Shown here one piece after another: positions 23,901 through 38,186 of a stretch of DNA of 64,000 nucleotides (within the stretch, counting starts at the first letter, position 1; each line of letters begins with the position of its first letter). Source of the stretch: Leidyana gryllorum EB-2025a. Lineage: Eukaryota > Protista > Apicomplexa. The stretch is taken from positions 248,001 through 312,000 of the forward strand of contig JBLWGC010000036.1 in NCBI GenBank assembly GCA_048772705.1, given 5' to 3'. A model generated the notes under the pieces. It made no database searches, was not told where the DNA came from, and worked only from the letters and a program-made list of their open reading frames with translations. Made by a program: the position numbers and the translations under genes.

Positions 23901-26900
23901 TTTGCCATCTCGCGTCGCCAAATGGCGGCCTTGAGCCTCCTCAACTGGAAACTCGGAACGTCGCAGAGTCTAGAGTCCGCTTCATCCTCAAAGTCATCGC
24001 TGCCCTCTATTTTACCGTCCTTCCGAAGATCCTGCCACTCATCTGAGTCTTCTTGTGACTCGGGAGTCGGGATTTGTGTCGTCCGCTGATCGTCCAGGAC
24101 GCTCAATGTTGGAGGTTTGGGGACCGGACGACACAACTTTTCCAGTGACATGACGGGCAGAACCTCTGAGAGCTGTAACGCGTGGGCCAATGCCATTTCG
24201 TCATCAGTGAATGTGACAAACGCAACCAGTATGTGTAGATCCATGCCACTCTGGACAAAGCTTAGGCCCTCTCTGGCCACCGTCAAATGCTCGACCGTCT
24301 CCCCGAAAAGTAGGGATCGAGCAGCATTATCGAGTCTCTGAGCCTGGGACCACTTTAGACCGACCTCGCCTTTCACACTGAGAGTGGCGGCTGGGTGATG
24401 AAGGTTACTTATACAGGCTGACTCTAATATGGCCTCGCCACTGCCAACAATACTCCCGACGCGCCATGTCTCGCTCGCAGCTGAAAAGTAGGCGAACAGT
24501 ATGGGCTCTTCCAGTTTACCCTCCTTTCTCCGTGTCTTCCAATAGTTATCGACCCAAGCGCCACTAACAGGAGTTTTGGGGGCGTGCGGCTCTCTGCCCG
24601 TCTCGATACCGGGCAATTTGACATAAATTGGTCGGAAGTTGTACATCCGATCCAACAAACAGAAGGCGCCGCGCAACGGTTTGAACTCAGCACTCGTTAT
24701 CAGATGTATTCTGAGGGGCAGATCGGCCAATGCCATAATGTGCGCTTCTCCGGCAGCCAGAGTACCGATTCCGTTACTTATAACATCATCAGACCCCGTC
24801 TTTCGAGAATCCACAATTGTAGTGGTGTTGTTCCCGCCGCTCTTTGACGATGTGAAAGGAATAACGGGACGCCATATCCCATATCTTCTCGTACCTTTCC
24901 GGAGACATATGACAACGTGCTGACGCCTCTTATCGTCTGAGCCGGACTCATTAGGGCCACTTCGCTGACTGGAATTGCTTGTTGGTGAAGATTCCTCTTC
25001 ACATATGGGCCCGAGACACATAGAATGCCCGGCCAGATCGATTATTCGGAGACTCAGCATCCCAAATCCTTCGTCGCCCTCGTTGTCCTTATATCCTTTG
25101 ACCATATACTTGGCGGCTTCAGTGTCGTCACACACGCTCGTGCTCAACACATAGGCATTGTCCTCATCCGACCTCCTCAGGACATAGTCTCCGGAAGGGA
25201 AATCGGGGATTGTGGAATGTACAGTCAGTAACATTGGAGTCCACAACAAACTAACATCCAGTTCCCGAAGATTCAGCCGACTTCGGCCGCCTTCGTTCCA
25301 GTCCACATCCAGCCCTCCCGGGCCGATACTCAAGCGGTTGTATTGGCTCGTCAGAAGCGTTTCATACTGTCTGCTCAAGAGACAGCTGACCAGAGACAGA
25401 GACGGGTTACTGCTGACGACCATCTTCCATTTGCCCTCAGTGTTGTCGTACACAACAGCAGTTTTGGCGAAACTGCCATCACTATTGACTTTACAGTATA
25501 CAGGTTTGTCTTCTATCATCAATCGAGTCCTGCCGTAGAGTGCGAGGATCGAAGTATCCTCACAGCTCAAACTTAAGCGGAAAGCGGGATCTTCACATTC
25601 CTCGCGAGCAATGACGGCGAAGCTTGGAATGCTCTCCAGGCCTTCGGAGGTGGCCACAAACCACCCACTGTTGGTCGGACAGGGGCCGCTTACGTCTCCT
25701 TTGGGGTGTTTGAGCAGAGGTTGGCTGAGATCAGTTGGACTCAAAGTGAAGGCAATCTTGTCGCTGACAGCCAATGGGCCCGCCACTCCTCCTATCTGCA
25801 CGCTCCCAACAATCTTCCACTCCATCATTCTCGAATCGTACAGAAGTTTTCGGACGCCTTTGCAGCCGCGGTGCTCATACACCGGACGGAAGCTTTCGAT
25901 CTCCCCATTCAGATGATACGTTCCTAATATTCCCATTTCATCCTTCCCTGCTGCCGCATCTGTGATGACAACTTCAACGACACGTGGTACACTATAGTCA
26001 CCGCGGCCCGAGCGTAAGGTGAGGGGCATCGAATTCTTCACTCGAATCGACAGCTCCAACAGAACCTCGCAGCTTTCACTGCAGCATCCATATTGGTGGG
26101 CCAACAGCAAATCTACTGGCATCCCGCGCTGACACACGGGGCACAACTCGTAATTGCTCGGCAACAGCTGGACGACCAAACTGGCAAAGTTGCTGTCGCG
26201 GAACAGCTGTCCACAGGTGACATGTTTGAGCGGCAGTGAACTCAGCGCCCGAGTGCCCAGATGCTCCTGGAAGAACATTAGCGATGAGTCTGTGGGCAGA
26301 TTGTCGACATCCATCATGGCGGCTTCGAGGTTCTCTTGCAGTAAGTGTAGTTTGGATTTGACCCCTTCTTCGCCCCGCAGAACAGCTTCACTCTCGTGCA
26401 GCAGACAGGCGACGATATCTCTCCTCAGACTGAAGATATCCTTCATGGTGCGTTTCAAAGCGAGCTGAATCACCGAGCTATACATATGCAGCTCGTCACT
26501 ACTTTTGACCATCAGAGTCCCCAGATACATGGAGGACATGTCCGCGGGGTTATATCCTTTCAGAAAGAGGAGGATTGTGCCTTCTTCGACGGCACAGCAC
26601 GTAGTCGGGAGGAAGTCATCCGCTTCTTCGTCCTTCAAAAGCTCCATCGCGTGCTGTAAGCTTTCATTTGGGGTTGCATTGGCAAAGTACCTAACGTAGC
26701 CGCAGATATTGACAAAATAGGAACTCAGAATGCTGCCGGGCTTCTTGACGCCGATCAGGAATATAGCATTACAAACCGCTCCCTTTTGTGTATTCCTGGT
26801 GGTCGGCATGATGGTTACATAACTATCCACCAAGTCCAACGGCTGCATTGGCTGCAGACCGCATGTCCAGAGCCTCTGACCACTGGCGTCCGTAACTGGT

Positions 26901-29900
26901 TTGGTTTGGAGAGCGTACAGTGCCGACTCTTCCAGGGCATCGCCATGGAGCAACGATAAGAGGAGCGCGAGGTCCGCTACTTCCGTCTTGCTGCGACACG
27001 CCACGTGGAATGTGATGGGCAAAGTCTGCATTTTGAGCACTGCGAGTTCCTCCGTACTGAACATCTCTCCCAGACCGCCGTTGGACAACCATTGGTGTCC
27101 AGTATTCAGGAAGGCTAAAACTGGATCAAAGTCGTCACTCAGGCGCACTTCGCCGGCCGCCAGACTTTGCCATCCACGCCCGGCTTTCCCATTCTGCGCA
27201 GAGGGAGGAGAGTCGGCGGCATCCCCTCTTGTAGAAGCGCCTCGTTTGCTTCTCAACTTGGGGCGACGAATTATGCTTCTCAGAGCGTCGCAGTTGATTC
27301 CATTCATCATTTGAACGTCGTCAACCAGAAAGATATCGATAGCTCGGTCGTCTTGGCCGGCAAAGTTCCCACTCAACGAGGCTGGAGGGCACCCGTGAAG
27401 TCGTTCTCCGCCTTTGAACCGATCGGCAAAGTGCCCTTGGGATTTGTAGTGGGTTGTGAAACTAACAGTCTCCATCAGTGTCTGCGGGGGAGGAACTCCC
27501 GGATGAGGATTCTGCAAAGGTGTCCATTCCATTGCGAGCTTTGCAGACTCAGCCCCCGGTGCAGGGTCGCGTCGCTGAACCACAGTGCTCGGTAGAAGCC
27601 GTGGCTTCCGTTTACCACTCTTCGCTCGCCTCTTCGACAGCTCCTCTTCGTAGTCACTCGTTCCCGAGCTCACACCGCTCAGGTTGTCATCAAACAATTC
27701 ACATATGCGTTTCACTGACGGTGCATTGCGATCCTTAAAGAAAGAAGTCCATTTTGCATTGCCTCGGGTCTGATAAGATTGTGGAGAACCGTCGTCGGAC
27801 CTGTCGTCCCCGCTTAGCTCGTGGATGTCTTCCAAGTCGTCGCTGGGAATGAACAAAGGCTCCTCATCTTCTACCAAACCCTCACATTCACAGACGTCCA
27901 GTCCCTCAGACTCGAACCGTTCTAACATCTGACTGCGGAATTCTCGACAACTGCGCTTTCTGCTCTCATCGATCATAACCGGCGGGAAACTGCTCTCCTT
28001 CCAGGTGACCACCCCCTCGTCGAACGTGGGGAAGTTTAAACTCCAGTCATAGTTCCGACCATCAGATTTCTGAAAGACCTCATTGATCTCGCAACTCGGC
28101 CTCGCGACGTCGATACCCTCATTGAACATTACCGCTCCCAATGCAGCGTACTCCATTGGCGCGTCATCGTCACCACTCCCGGCCGTCTCGCTCTCGAGTG
28201 CCGGAGCCGCCTTGGATTTGGCCCCCGGTTTCCCGTGACCCGAAGTGTCCACCACTTCCGGAAGCGAGAAGAAGAGGGGCAGTACTCGCAGAGTTTGATC
28301 CAAATCCTGCCCAGCACGGAGCATCGCGACCACTCGGGCTACGTGATCGACTTTGGTGTAGGTGAAGTGTAATGGAACAAACCCGGCATTGAAGGTCCAG
28401 TAGTTGCACGGCACCTGTCCAGTATTCAGGAGCAAAAGTTCGTCACTCATTTGATCCTCGTCTATCCCAAATCCAAATATAAATGATCGTCCTTCCACCG
28501 ATGTGGTGTTGTGGATTGTACTCGTGGCCGACCCCGAGAGCCCATCAAACTGCAGTAGAGAGGCGTCAGTCCGTGGATCTTCATTGGTCCCCGTCCTAAC
28601 ACCCGAGCCGCCTGCGTTCTCTCGGGCGGGAGCCCATTCTGCCGGCTGACTCTCTCCCGAGGCAGCCTCACCTTTCGCTATCAGCGTCTCCACATACTGT
28701 CGGGTTTGCGGGAGGGGATAGAGACCCGGCACGTGCTCGGTGGAGACAGACCAGGTTCCAGTCAGATAGTCTTTGACGAAACACACAATGCGGTGGGCAC
28801 CATTCGACCCTCCAACCGGCACAGCAGCCAGAATGGAGTTCAGGAAGAAACGCGAACGCGCTTCCGGCAGGGCACCTTTGGCCGGACTGCCGGCCACACC
28901 TTTGAACAGTCCACCAGCTGACTCTTCCTTCTCAAAGTCTTCCTCCTCTTCCATCAGTTCGCCGAGATCCAGGTACTCCGGAACAGTCAGAGAGCCCCGT
29001 GACTCGCTCAGAGAAGCTGTGCTGCAAAACTCGTCCACTCTCGAGTGCAGCACATTGATACTCATTTCCACAGGCAGTGAGATTAGCGTAGTCTGAGCAG
29101 TCACTGAGCATTCCTCCCCATTGGGCATCAGAAAATTGCTCAGAGACCGCTCCGAGCAGTAAGCGGAGATGAGATTCTCAAGCGATACGTTGGCATTAGG
29201 GTCATAATGCAGCTGAAGTTGCTCTATGGTCCGCGCGTTCACGTAACCCTTTGAGGCAAAGTCCACACCTTCACTCGCAGATTGCGATTTCGCCTGAGCA
29301 CCACCACCGCCCTTGCCGCCTGACGAGTTGTTTTGGGGCACCACCAAAGTTGCCTCATCCAAACACAGGAAGGTTTGGACGAGGTTTCGACATGAATCGG
29401 CCGCGCTCTTCGCTTCACCATCGACCAAAGAGGGGTAACAGGCCTCGGTGGCAGCAATCAGTGTCGGTCGCAGCGCTTGTAGAAGAGTGTAGACATCAAA
29501 TACCTCCAAAGCAGAGTGCAAGCGGCACAGCTCGGTTGTTGCTTTGACTATCCGGAATATCCACTTTCGAGGAATTCGCCGAGTGGGCTCCTTCTGGGAA
29601 GCCCGCATGGCACCCTTAACGGTGGCCACCAACAGCACCGCCAGCGTCGGTAAACTCAGATTCTCGCGACCTTCCAGAGTGATACGACTCGGCAGATTCA
29701 ACCTCATCCGAACGCCGTTCGCCTCAGGGTCGCTGGGGTCGGGGGCGGTGTTCCGCTCACTATTGTTCTGGGCTAAAGTCTTTGGATTCAGACCGAATGC
29801 CTTCATAGTCTCGTGTGACACCGAAACAGTCTCCTCTGCAGCTTGCTGATTGCGTGTCTCCTTGAGCCAGGTACGCACTGCCTTGACCACTGCGCGATGG

Positions 29901-31501
29901 TGTATGTAGTGCAGGAAGCTGAGCACCATCTCCACACTCGGTGTGAAGAGAGTGCCTTGGATCAGAGGTTCCAAGGCCTGCCAAGCCTCGCTTGTGGATC
30001 CCAAGCAGCCTATTTCGAACCACGGAAGGAGATTGCGAAGTTGGCGGACAAGTGGTTTGTCCGACCGCAGGGCATCCTCGCGGGCGAAACGGCCTTTCCA
30101 GATGTCTCCGGCTTGTTTTACGGGATGCTCCAGGCTCAGAACAGTTCCTCTTTGCTCAAAAGCCATGCGGAAGCGCTGACTCTTTCGGACACAGTGCGGT
30201 CGCACAGTCGCCGTGATGGTGGAGATCATTTTGTTCTGATCACCGTGTCTGGGAACCACTGATTCGTAATTCCAACTCAAGGGACTCCAATGATTGACCC
30301 GTTTCGCGAGTTCATCGAGTTCTTCCTCGTTCAGTAAAGCTTCGGTATCCCTCTTCTTGGACCTATTCGCGGCACCCATTTTCCGACGGGCAAAATCGCC
30401 AGGTACCAAGCATCGCTGTACCGGTTCAATGAATCGTGAGGCAAGCCGAATGCGCAGAACGGCTTGCGCGGGTTTGCCTCCAACGAAGGTTTTGCCAGTC
30501 TTGCTATTGATCTCAGTTGACAAAACTTGTGCTTTAGTGAGCCTTGGAATGTCTATGACGGGATTGCTGTTGCTTATTGCTTGAATACCCCAAACGCTGG
30601 CGCTATGGTCGTTAATGTTGCGCCAATTGAGTAACGTGACCTCGTAGAACACCTGTGGGACACTCCACATGTAGCTTTCGAACGTAGGGGAGTTACTATT
30701 GGGTGGCCGCGCGGGTTTGTGAAACTCGAGTCGCACAGCGACGCTATCGGCCATGGGCGGCGGCGGATTCTTCACTCGGATTCCCCGTTTGCGATGCCTG
30801 AGAGTCTCTGATGATCCACCACCGGCCCCACCTGGAGCCGGATTGATAGCCGCTGTAACCTTAAGATGCAAACCTCCGATTGTACGTCTTTTTCCCTCAG
30901 CAGTAGCTGTACGTTTAGATAGCAGAGTGGGCACATCAAGTGACACCACATCAGCGTCCACCCAGCCTGTAGCATCTTGGCAGCAAAGGTGGTTTACGAA
31001 AAACTCGCTTCCGGTTTGCTTCATGAACGAGTGCACAGTTATATCGAGTTGCTCTTTCAGAGTTCTACCGTCAGGTGTAGATAGTTTGTTGGCCGGGGTT
31101 TCGGGTCGTAGCCGAGTCCACGCCACTCCTCTGGCGCTCAACGCCGTTCGTCCGTCTCCCGAGCGCTTGTACAGTTGAAAGGTGCCTTCTTTGGCGTGGT
31201 CATTAACGGGACCGAAAGAAACTCCCATGTCATCCAATTCTTCAATCAAGCGTTGTAGCCGGACTCTGGTGCCCCATCCTTGCGCGAGTGCCGTCAAGCG
31301 AGCGATTTGAATCTTGTGTGCGAATGCTCCGTCAGTATGGGGCCACCACACACCGCCTTCCGAGTACGGAACGGGGACCCTGACAACGGGCATAAACCAA
31401 CATGCTGAACGGAATGGACTGTGACAGTCAACAATCTGATCAACTATCTCGTATTCGCTGCAGGTATACTCGCTCTCAACGTCTTCGGCCGATGTGGTCA
31501 T
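20928..31501 (-). CDS. Giant (about 3500 aa) USP7-related protein with degenerate USP domain, UBL-like domains and a Pro/Ser/Thr-rich tail
   Basis: A 2743-aa first exon is joined by introns (near 23230-23273 and probably 23000-23050) to ORF 20928-23120. USP-fold motifs LISLPVEMSINV...LTVPEYLDL and FFLNSIL...GAHRIVCFVK...W. USP7 UBL-like TILLFLKGYNP...YLG. Confidence 0.7.
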
Positions 31502-31570
31502 CTCGACCGAAAAAATTCAATTCGAGTACTACTCGGCCGTGCGTGTTACCCCAGAGCCTAACTACCAAGA

Positions 31571-32874
31571 TCATCCACCCAGGTACACAATGAGGGGCAG
31601 AATGATGCAAACTGCCAAGAGGATCAGACAGGTGGATATGTAACATGCCCACTGCGAGAAAGGTGTCTATTTTGACGGTGTGAACTCACTTTCTTAGACT
31701 TGGCTTGATTTATTCTGGCCTGGACCAAGTCCTTCTCGGCTTTCTCTGTATAATCCTTGGCGTTCTGGACGGAGAACTCTATCTGGTCCAACAGTTCGCC
31801 CTGCGCCTCTACCAAGGTCGCTAGGTCAACGAACATTTGGTGCAGTTCCTGGACACCTGACAGTTATGCATAGTACACATCGACCGCCCAGCAGCTCACT
31901 CTGTTCGAGCCGTTTGACGTCTCGATGCTTGAGTTCAATATCATGGACTGCATAGGCCAAATTCTCATGTGCGCCGGTCATACGAGCGTGTATAGCCTTC
32001 TGAGCCACCATATTATCGGCGTCATCGACCATTTCCTGTATTTCACGATCACTGGCGCCAGGGTAGACTGCCAATAAACAGTCAGTTCACTCGCGGACAG
32101 CTCGCCTACCTGCCGGGGAGTGATCACATAAACGGTCTTTCCCTCAGACCCAATCAAACGTACCTATTTTCACTTGACGTTCTATCTTCTCCTTCACTGC
32201 GTTCTTGTATTCCGTCTGCAGCGCTCTGTAACCCTGCAATAGCTCTCGGAACTTGCGAGTGAGGGCAGCGTGCATTCCATCTCGAATACGAGCCTCGCTG
32301 GAATCAGCATTCCTTGACCGAAAAAGATCATTGTCTTGCTTGAGGTTCTCCAAAGCCTTCTTTGTAGCCAAAACAGATTTGTTTGTAACAGTGATCTTCT
32401 GCTGCAGTTGGGTTGAAGCCTCTATTCATCGGCTATGGAAGATCGGGCGTAGATCCATACTCACGCTGTTCCTCCGAAGGTGTAGCAGCCTTCACCATCT
32501 CCAATTTGAATCTCTTGATCTCGTCCATAGATTTATATATCTCGGCTATCCCAGCTTGTATGCCGTTAATTGAACCCAGATAGTCCGACATGAACCCCGC
32601 TTCTGACACCTGACCCACATCAGAGTACACACTCAGCCACCAGCGTACACACACACACAGAGGTACATTCCGCCTCCCAATGAATACACGCAATTGAGAC
32701 GTTCAGTCTCACCTCGACTTGACTGGCGGCACCCACTTGGGCCTCGAAAACACCCATGTCAGTACCTTCATGGGGGCGAGCCAAAAGAACGGCCGAAGAG
32801 TCCGGTAGAAGTTCCGCTAAGCCGTTGTCCCTGGCCTGAACTAACGCCTTGAGGTCAGATAGACGGTCCTGCAT
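31571..32874 (-). CDS. Syntaxin-1-like Qa-SNARE (multi-exon)
   Basis: MQDRLSDLK N-peptide, Habc EARIRDGMHAALTRKF, SNARE motif MFVDLATLVEAQGELLDQIE, and a C-terminal TM ending ...LIVYLGG*. Confidence 0.93.
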
Positions 32875-32901
32875 ATCTTCTTGTTAAGGTCATATATATA
32901 T

Positions 32902-35407
32902 ATGTTGACGACTGTTTTTTCGAGGCAACAGGGCCGCTCCTCCAATGGCAAAAAGGCGGGCCTCTACTGGACTGCTGTAGGCGGCTCGCAATTCCTAGAC
33001 GGCTCACGGACGAACTCAATATCGCAAGCGGCCCAACTCTATAGCGTTGTTCCGCCCTTATTACCTCAACATGCTTACATGCGTAAGCGGCGATGTTTGA
33101 TGCCGCGTCGGTCAAATCTGGATTTGGTAATGGATACCTTTTCACTATGTCTTATTGATGACATACTCAAAAGCGGTGATATCACGGGACTTCTAGCTGC
33201 TTGTGCGCCAGAAAGATTGCCTACGGGCTGGTCTGTGCTCCAAAAAGCCTTGTGCCTATATTCTGTCATAGTGGCTCTTGAGACAAACATTATACCGAAC
33301 TGTTCCTTCATAATTGAAGAATGGATCAAGAACCCGCATCTGGCCAAACTCGGTTGGAGCAGCTTTCTGGGGCGGTATATTCGGTGTAATCCATTCTCGG
33401 TCCCTGCCAGCGCAATGCACTCGATGATCCAAAGACATCCTTCCGCCGACAGCGCGCCCCTGCTCGAAGCCGTCTCCATGCGTGTGCTGCCGTACTATTT
33501 CGATCAATCACATTGGTTATGGAATATTTTATTGCAAGCCATTCTTCAGGACGGCATACGCAAACCTAAAACTATTGCATTCGATATTCCGTGGCCGCGT
33601 TCTCAAATTTCAAAAGCGCTCGTGTACACATTCGCCCGATCTCCCCGGAGACCGCCAGAAACCACCGATTATCTGGCCGCAGATGCGGCTGCCCGTCTAG
33701 TTCTACCGTTCTTCCGAGAGAGCCGTAGTAATCGGCTTATACTTCAGATTCTCATGTTATACCTCAATCTTGCGCACACAGCAGTGGGGTTGGATGTGTT
33801 GACTGAGGTTCGCCTTTATGGTGCTGTCAAAGTAGACGCTCAGCATGTGTCTGTGTTGTTGGCGAGAGACTATCACTCAGAACAGAATGTGTTACGCAAT
33901 CTGGTGGCAGCGTCATCCCGACTTTCCAAAAAGACGCAACGGCAGTTGTGGAGCGATCTAGTCAGACTATTGCTTCCGGAGTTGCGCAACCGAATTGAGA
34001 ACTCCCTGTACCGGGTGAGGAGACAGCCGTTCTATGGAGTTCAGTCTGCCTCTCAGCACCTATCAATTGAGGATCTATGTTGCCAGCCGAGCGGGGGTCC
34101 AACAGAGGATGCATCAACTACTCCTGCAGATTCGCGTCTTGTCACTAATCTTTCGTCAGCAACGACGCCAACTAACGGTGCAGATGCCGCGTTGAATCGT
34201 TTCATGTCGAGTGGGGGGACGTCGCCGAGTCCCAACATGAACAGGATGCAATGCTGGATTGCAGGCAACAGCCGTGAACCTGCAACGTGCTCGGCCGGTG
34301 ACACGGTGACGATAACCAGTCTGCCCAATCCTAAGGGCGATTCTGTCAGCACTTTCTGCTATCAATTACAAACCCATGTGCTCTTGGATAGTCGACAATC
34401 GGTGTTCGCATATGCGCTGGCCTCGTTGTCCGACAATGACGGTAATCTTTGTATACAATGTTTTGATGCCTATTGATGGAGCAGTTGGATCACACATTTG
34501 TGGGGTTCTTGGCAGTATAACTATTCGAGTTGGGAGCGCCAAACGCACAGTCGCTGGTCTCGCATTCGATTTTAGTGTTGGACAAGCGCTCGAGTTACCG
34601 GAACCGACCTATGACCCCTCACGGATGATCCCACTACACAGCATCAGCAATCCTTACTTGACACGACCGCGGATCCCTGTTGCTTTTATGATCGGTATTA
34701 CAGAAGAGGACATTAGTTGGACGGCACAGAGGACCAGTCGAACGAGAGTTGCGGTGCAGTGGCCGAAAAGCCAAGAAACTGATATGACAATGTTCGTTGT
34801 GGTGGCGAGCAGAAATCAGAAATTCGTGGAGATTGCTGTTGAGCCAGGCGCTGGTCCCGCTCCTTCCCATTCCTGTCTGCGTTTCCATTGCTGTGCCCAC
34901 CCTACAGGCGTTACGCATCCACGGCAAGTATGGGGGTCTACTTTCAGACGTCAGGACTTGACATTGGACCACCTGGCAATTCTGGCAAGCGTCCGAGCAC
35001 CATCCACAGACTCGAAGAGCCAACCTCGTTTGAGGACCACTCAACAACAGCAGAAGGGACGAACGTCAGCAACCGGCCGTGGCCGCTCCTCTCAAACCCC
35101 CAAAGGTCAGCGACCAACACCTTCCTCGGACGGGAGTCGATCGTTGGCTACCAAGCAACTTGACGACTGTGCACAATGGATGAGCTTACAGCGTCAGGGG
35201 TGCCCCCTCTGTCACATCAGCCCCCGCCAGCCATACGAACAAGGTTTGGAAATATCTCCGCCGGATGAGGCTGCTGAAGAAGTGTCCCAGCTGTGGGGAG
35301 GCCAGAATGGGAGTCGAACGCTCCGTGCTTGGCAGCTGTTTGCGGTGAGAATGGACTTCGGAGCGCCTGGCAGGTTCCAGAGGTTCAGGCACAATGACAA
35401 GCGCTGA
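32902..35407 (+). CDS. Hypothetical protein (about 800 aa, probably 2 or more exons; start uncertain)
   Basis: Long ORFs 32881-34476 and 34376-35407 can be joined by a GT-AG intron near 34442-34484. There is a CPLC motif near the C-terminus; no family recognised. Confidence 0.55.
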
Positions 35408-35417
35408 CTATGATTGA

Positions 35418-37331
35418 TCAACTCATTTCGGGCTCCGATTCGCACTGATAGTTAGTTAGCACTCCATCTTTTGATAGCGCTAAGTAGAAGTCGTCTGACA
35501 GCCTATCAAAGGATGCCGACGTGAAGCCCTTTGTACCCTGATACTGCACAACAAAGTCGTACTTCTTCTTGTCCTTTTGAGTGTAGAGCCGGATACCAGC
35601 ATCAGTCGCCACCAGCAGGTGTTTTCCTGTATAAAGTGATAGAATTACTGCACACACCAAAGGGACCTACCGGAATGATCAAACTCAGCATGAAGTGCTG
35701 CCGCACCCAAGTCGAGCTCCTGAATCACAGCGGTCTTTCGCAAATCCCATATCATCGCAGTGCCCCCTGAAGTCGCAGCCACCAGAGTGTATCCAATCTC
35801 ATTGAAGGCAATCGTTGTTATGTCGCCTTTCACATTCGGAGGAATCGATGGCTCTGCTTTGAGCTCCCTCTTCTTCATGTCCCACACTGGCAGTTCACGC
35901 TGTGTGGCTCCCACAGCCACCATGCCATCGGGCTGGAAGGCCAAACACCTAATCTTGGACTGAGGCTTCACCCCATCCATCCTCCATCCAATGGCGCATT
36001 GGGCGATGTCCAGTACAGTCCAGCTGTCTCCATTAGTACACACAGCTGCGTGAGTCCCAGACGGATGCAGCTCCATATCCGTGACCGGTCCTTCTCCTAC
36101 TTGGAACACATATGCACAGGACATTTTGAGCTCCTTAGGAATTAAGTCAGGGTTCTTCAAATCCACGAAGCGACCGGACCCGCGGACAGTGGGACCGCTG
36201 GTCAGCCAAACCAGGTCATCGAGAGTGTTGTGTCCCTCATCTTTCCAGTATCTGATGCATCGAAGCACACACATTTGAGACACACGCTTCTTTCCGTTGC
36301 ACTCACCGGACAGTGCCGTCCTCTCCAGCAGTGAGGATCATGAACGCGGATTTGAAGGGAGCAGCGGACGAGCTGCTGGCGCGCAGGGCCGAGAGCGCCG
36401 ATGGGGCCAAATGTGACTCCGAGGGGAAGAGCAGACAACGAATAGCGGTGATCCGGCCCTCGTGGCCGGATAGAGTGGCAAGAACGGCTTTGGTCTGCCA
36501 GTTTACGAGAATCAGGTGTCCGTTGTCACACCCGAGAGCCACAATAGCCGGGACTTTAGGTTTAGTGGGCTCTGTGATGCCGGCGATGGCAACTTCAAAC
36601 GCCGTTATAGTGCCTTCAGGAGCCTTGTACTCTTCAGACTCTTTACATTGCTCCTTCATTTTATCTGCTGTGCGATACTGCACAGTCCTCTGTTTACGAG
36701 CCGCCAGCAATGACTTTTGCAGCTCAGTCCAGCGCTGCGTCGTTCCTTCTATGTCGACAGCAGTGCGGGCCTTCTTGCTGGCGGGTTCCATGGATCCGGA
36801 TCCTCCGGCTGCCTCAGCTTGCGAAAGCTTCTGTTGAGCTTCTTCCAGTTGTCGCCTTAGGAGGTCGATTTCCTCTATCTTCTGAGCCACAGCTCGGGTG
36901 GATCCGTCTCGGAGATATAAAAGGTTGGTGACCTGCATTCGAGCTTCATCGCGCTCCTTGTGCAGACGAAGATTCTCAATGCTTAATAAGTCAAACTGTT
37001 TCTGAACCGCACCCAATAAGTCGCCAACATCTCCGAGGATAACAGACGACGGCCTTTTGATCCCTGAGTCTGTGAGCAGAAGATTGTGTGTGTGGTGTTT
37101 GCGTCACACCGCTTACGTTTCAGCGCAATCAAGTCTTTCTTGCTCAAGGGGTTTCCAGTGACTGGACACGTAGCTGTCTTGGCTAGATGCTCCTCAATCA
37201 ACCGGCGGTCATATAAGTGACCCTCTGTATGGGTTTGATTGACGTGGAAGGGTTTGTTATCGCAAGACTGTACCTGGAGTAACTACTGGGTCCGTTGGGA
37301 CCTGGCCAGATATCTCGCATATGAATGACAT
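35418..37331 (-). CDS. PRP19: Pre-mRNA processing factor 19 (U-box, coiled coil, WD40)
   Basis: Spliced N-terminus MSFICEISGQVPTDPVVTPEGHLYDRRLIEEHLAKTATCPVTGNPL (U-box), Prp19 coiled coil QKQFDLLSIENLRL...LLYLRDGSTRAVA, then WD40 repeats. Confidence 0.93.
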
Positions 37332-37365
37332 GCTGCACGAAACGGCCAAAAAAAGGAGCGTCAAC

Positions 37366-38186
37366 TCAGTAAAAAGCTTCGTGCTCGTTTTCCCAATGGA
37401 ACTTGACCCTCTGCCTCATCATATTGATGCCTTTGCCCACTGACTCTTCCACTTTTGGTGTATATTCCGGACACTCCTTGCGGATGAGAGCCACTCGCTT
37501 CAGCACAGCTTGGATATGCTCATCCAAGTTCGCTATTCCTTCCTTTGCTCCGTGCTCTGTAGAGAGTGTGGGTGTGTGATAGTCGGGGCTGGTTTGACGA
37601 CTCACCGCGAGAGGTCACACGGTCTAGATACTCCATTATTTCATTCAGATGGTCGCGCAAATCTTCACAGATGAAGGTTACGTCGAGCAGAGTTGACAGT
37701 TTTAGCCATTCCTGCGCAATCTCGGGATCGGACAGCAATCCGGGGACGGTACGAGCCATCGTATGTAGCTTTTCATACTCGGATTCCCAGAATGCCACAT
37801 TCTGCAGGGAGATGTGGGTTGAATTGTCTCGCGGGGTTCAGGCAGACTCACCACACAGAAGTCAAGAGTGTCGCTCCAATTAGCAGCCAGGATGCCGCGG
37901 CGTAGTCGCTCAGATCTCTTATGAAAACGCTGTTGTTCTAGCGGTCCCGCAGTCTGGGGAGAGACGGCATTGAGCCATGCCGAGTCTTCAATCCAAGTTG
38001 TGCTGACGGGGCGAACAGACTTGGCAGATGATGTCCCTAACCACCCACGTGTCGCCTTGGGCGCGGCGATCCCAGTGTGGAGTGCCGCTGGGCTGGATAG
38101 AGAATTAGTACAGTACAGGCAGGCAGGCAGGAATATACTCACCGTAGGACGAAGGGCAATTTGGAGGAACTTCCAATACTGAGCAT
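37366..38186 (-). CDS. Hypothetical protein with a mitochondrial-presequence-like N-terminus (4 exons)
   Basis: MLSIGSSSKLPFVLRPAALH... is basic/hydroxylated with no acidic residues. Clean GT-AG introns join ORFs 37702-38142, 37520-37798 and 37366-37605. Confidence 0.65.
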
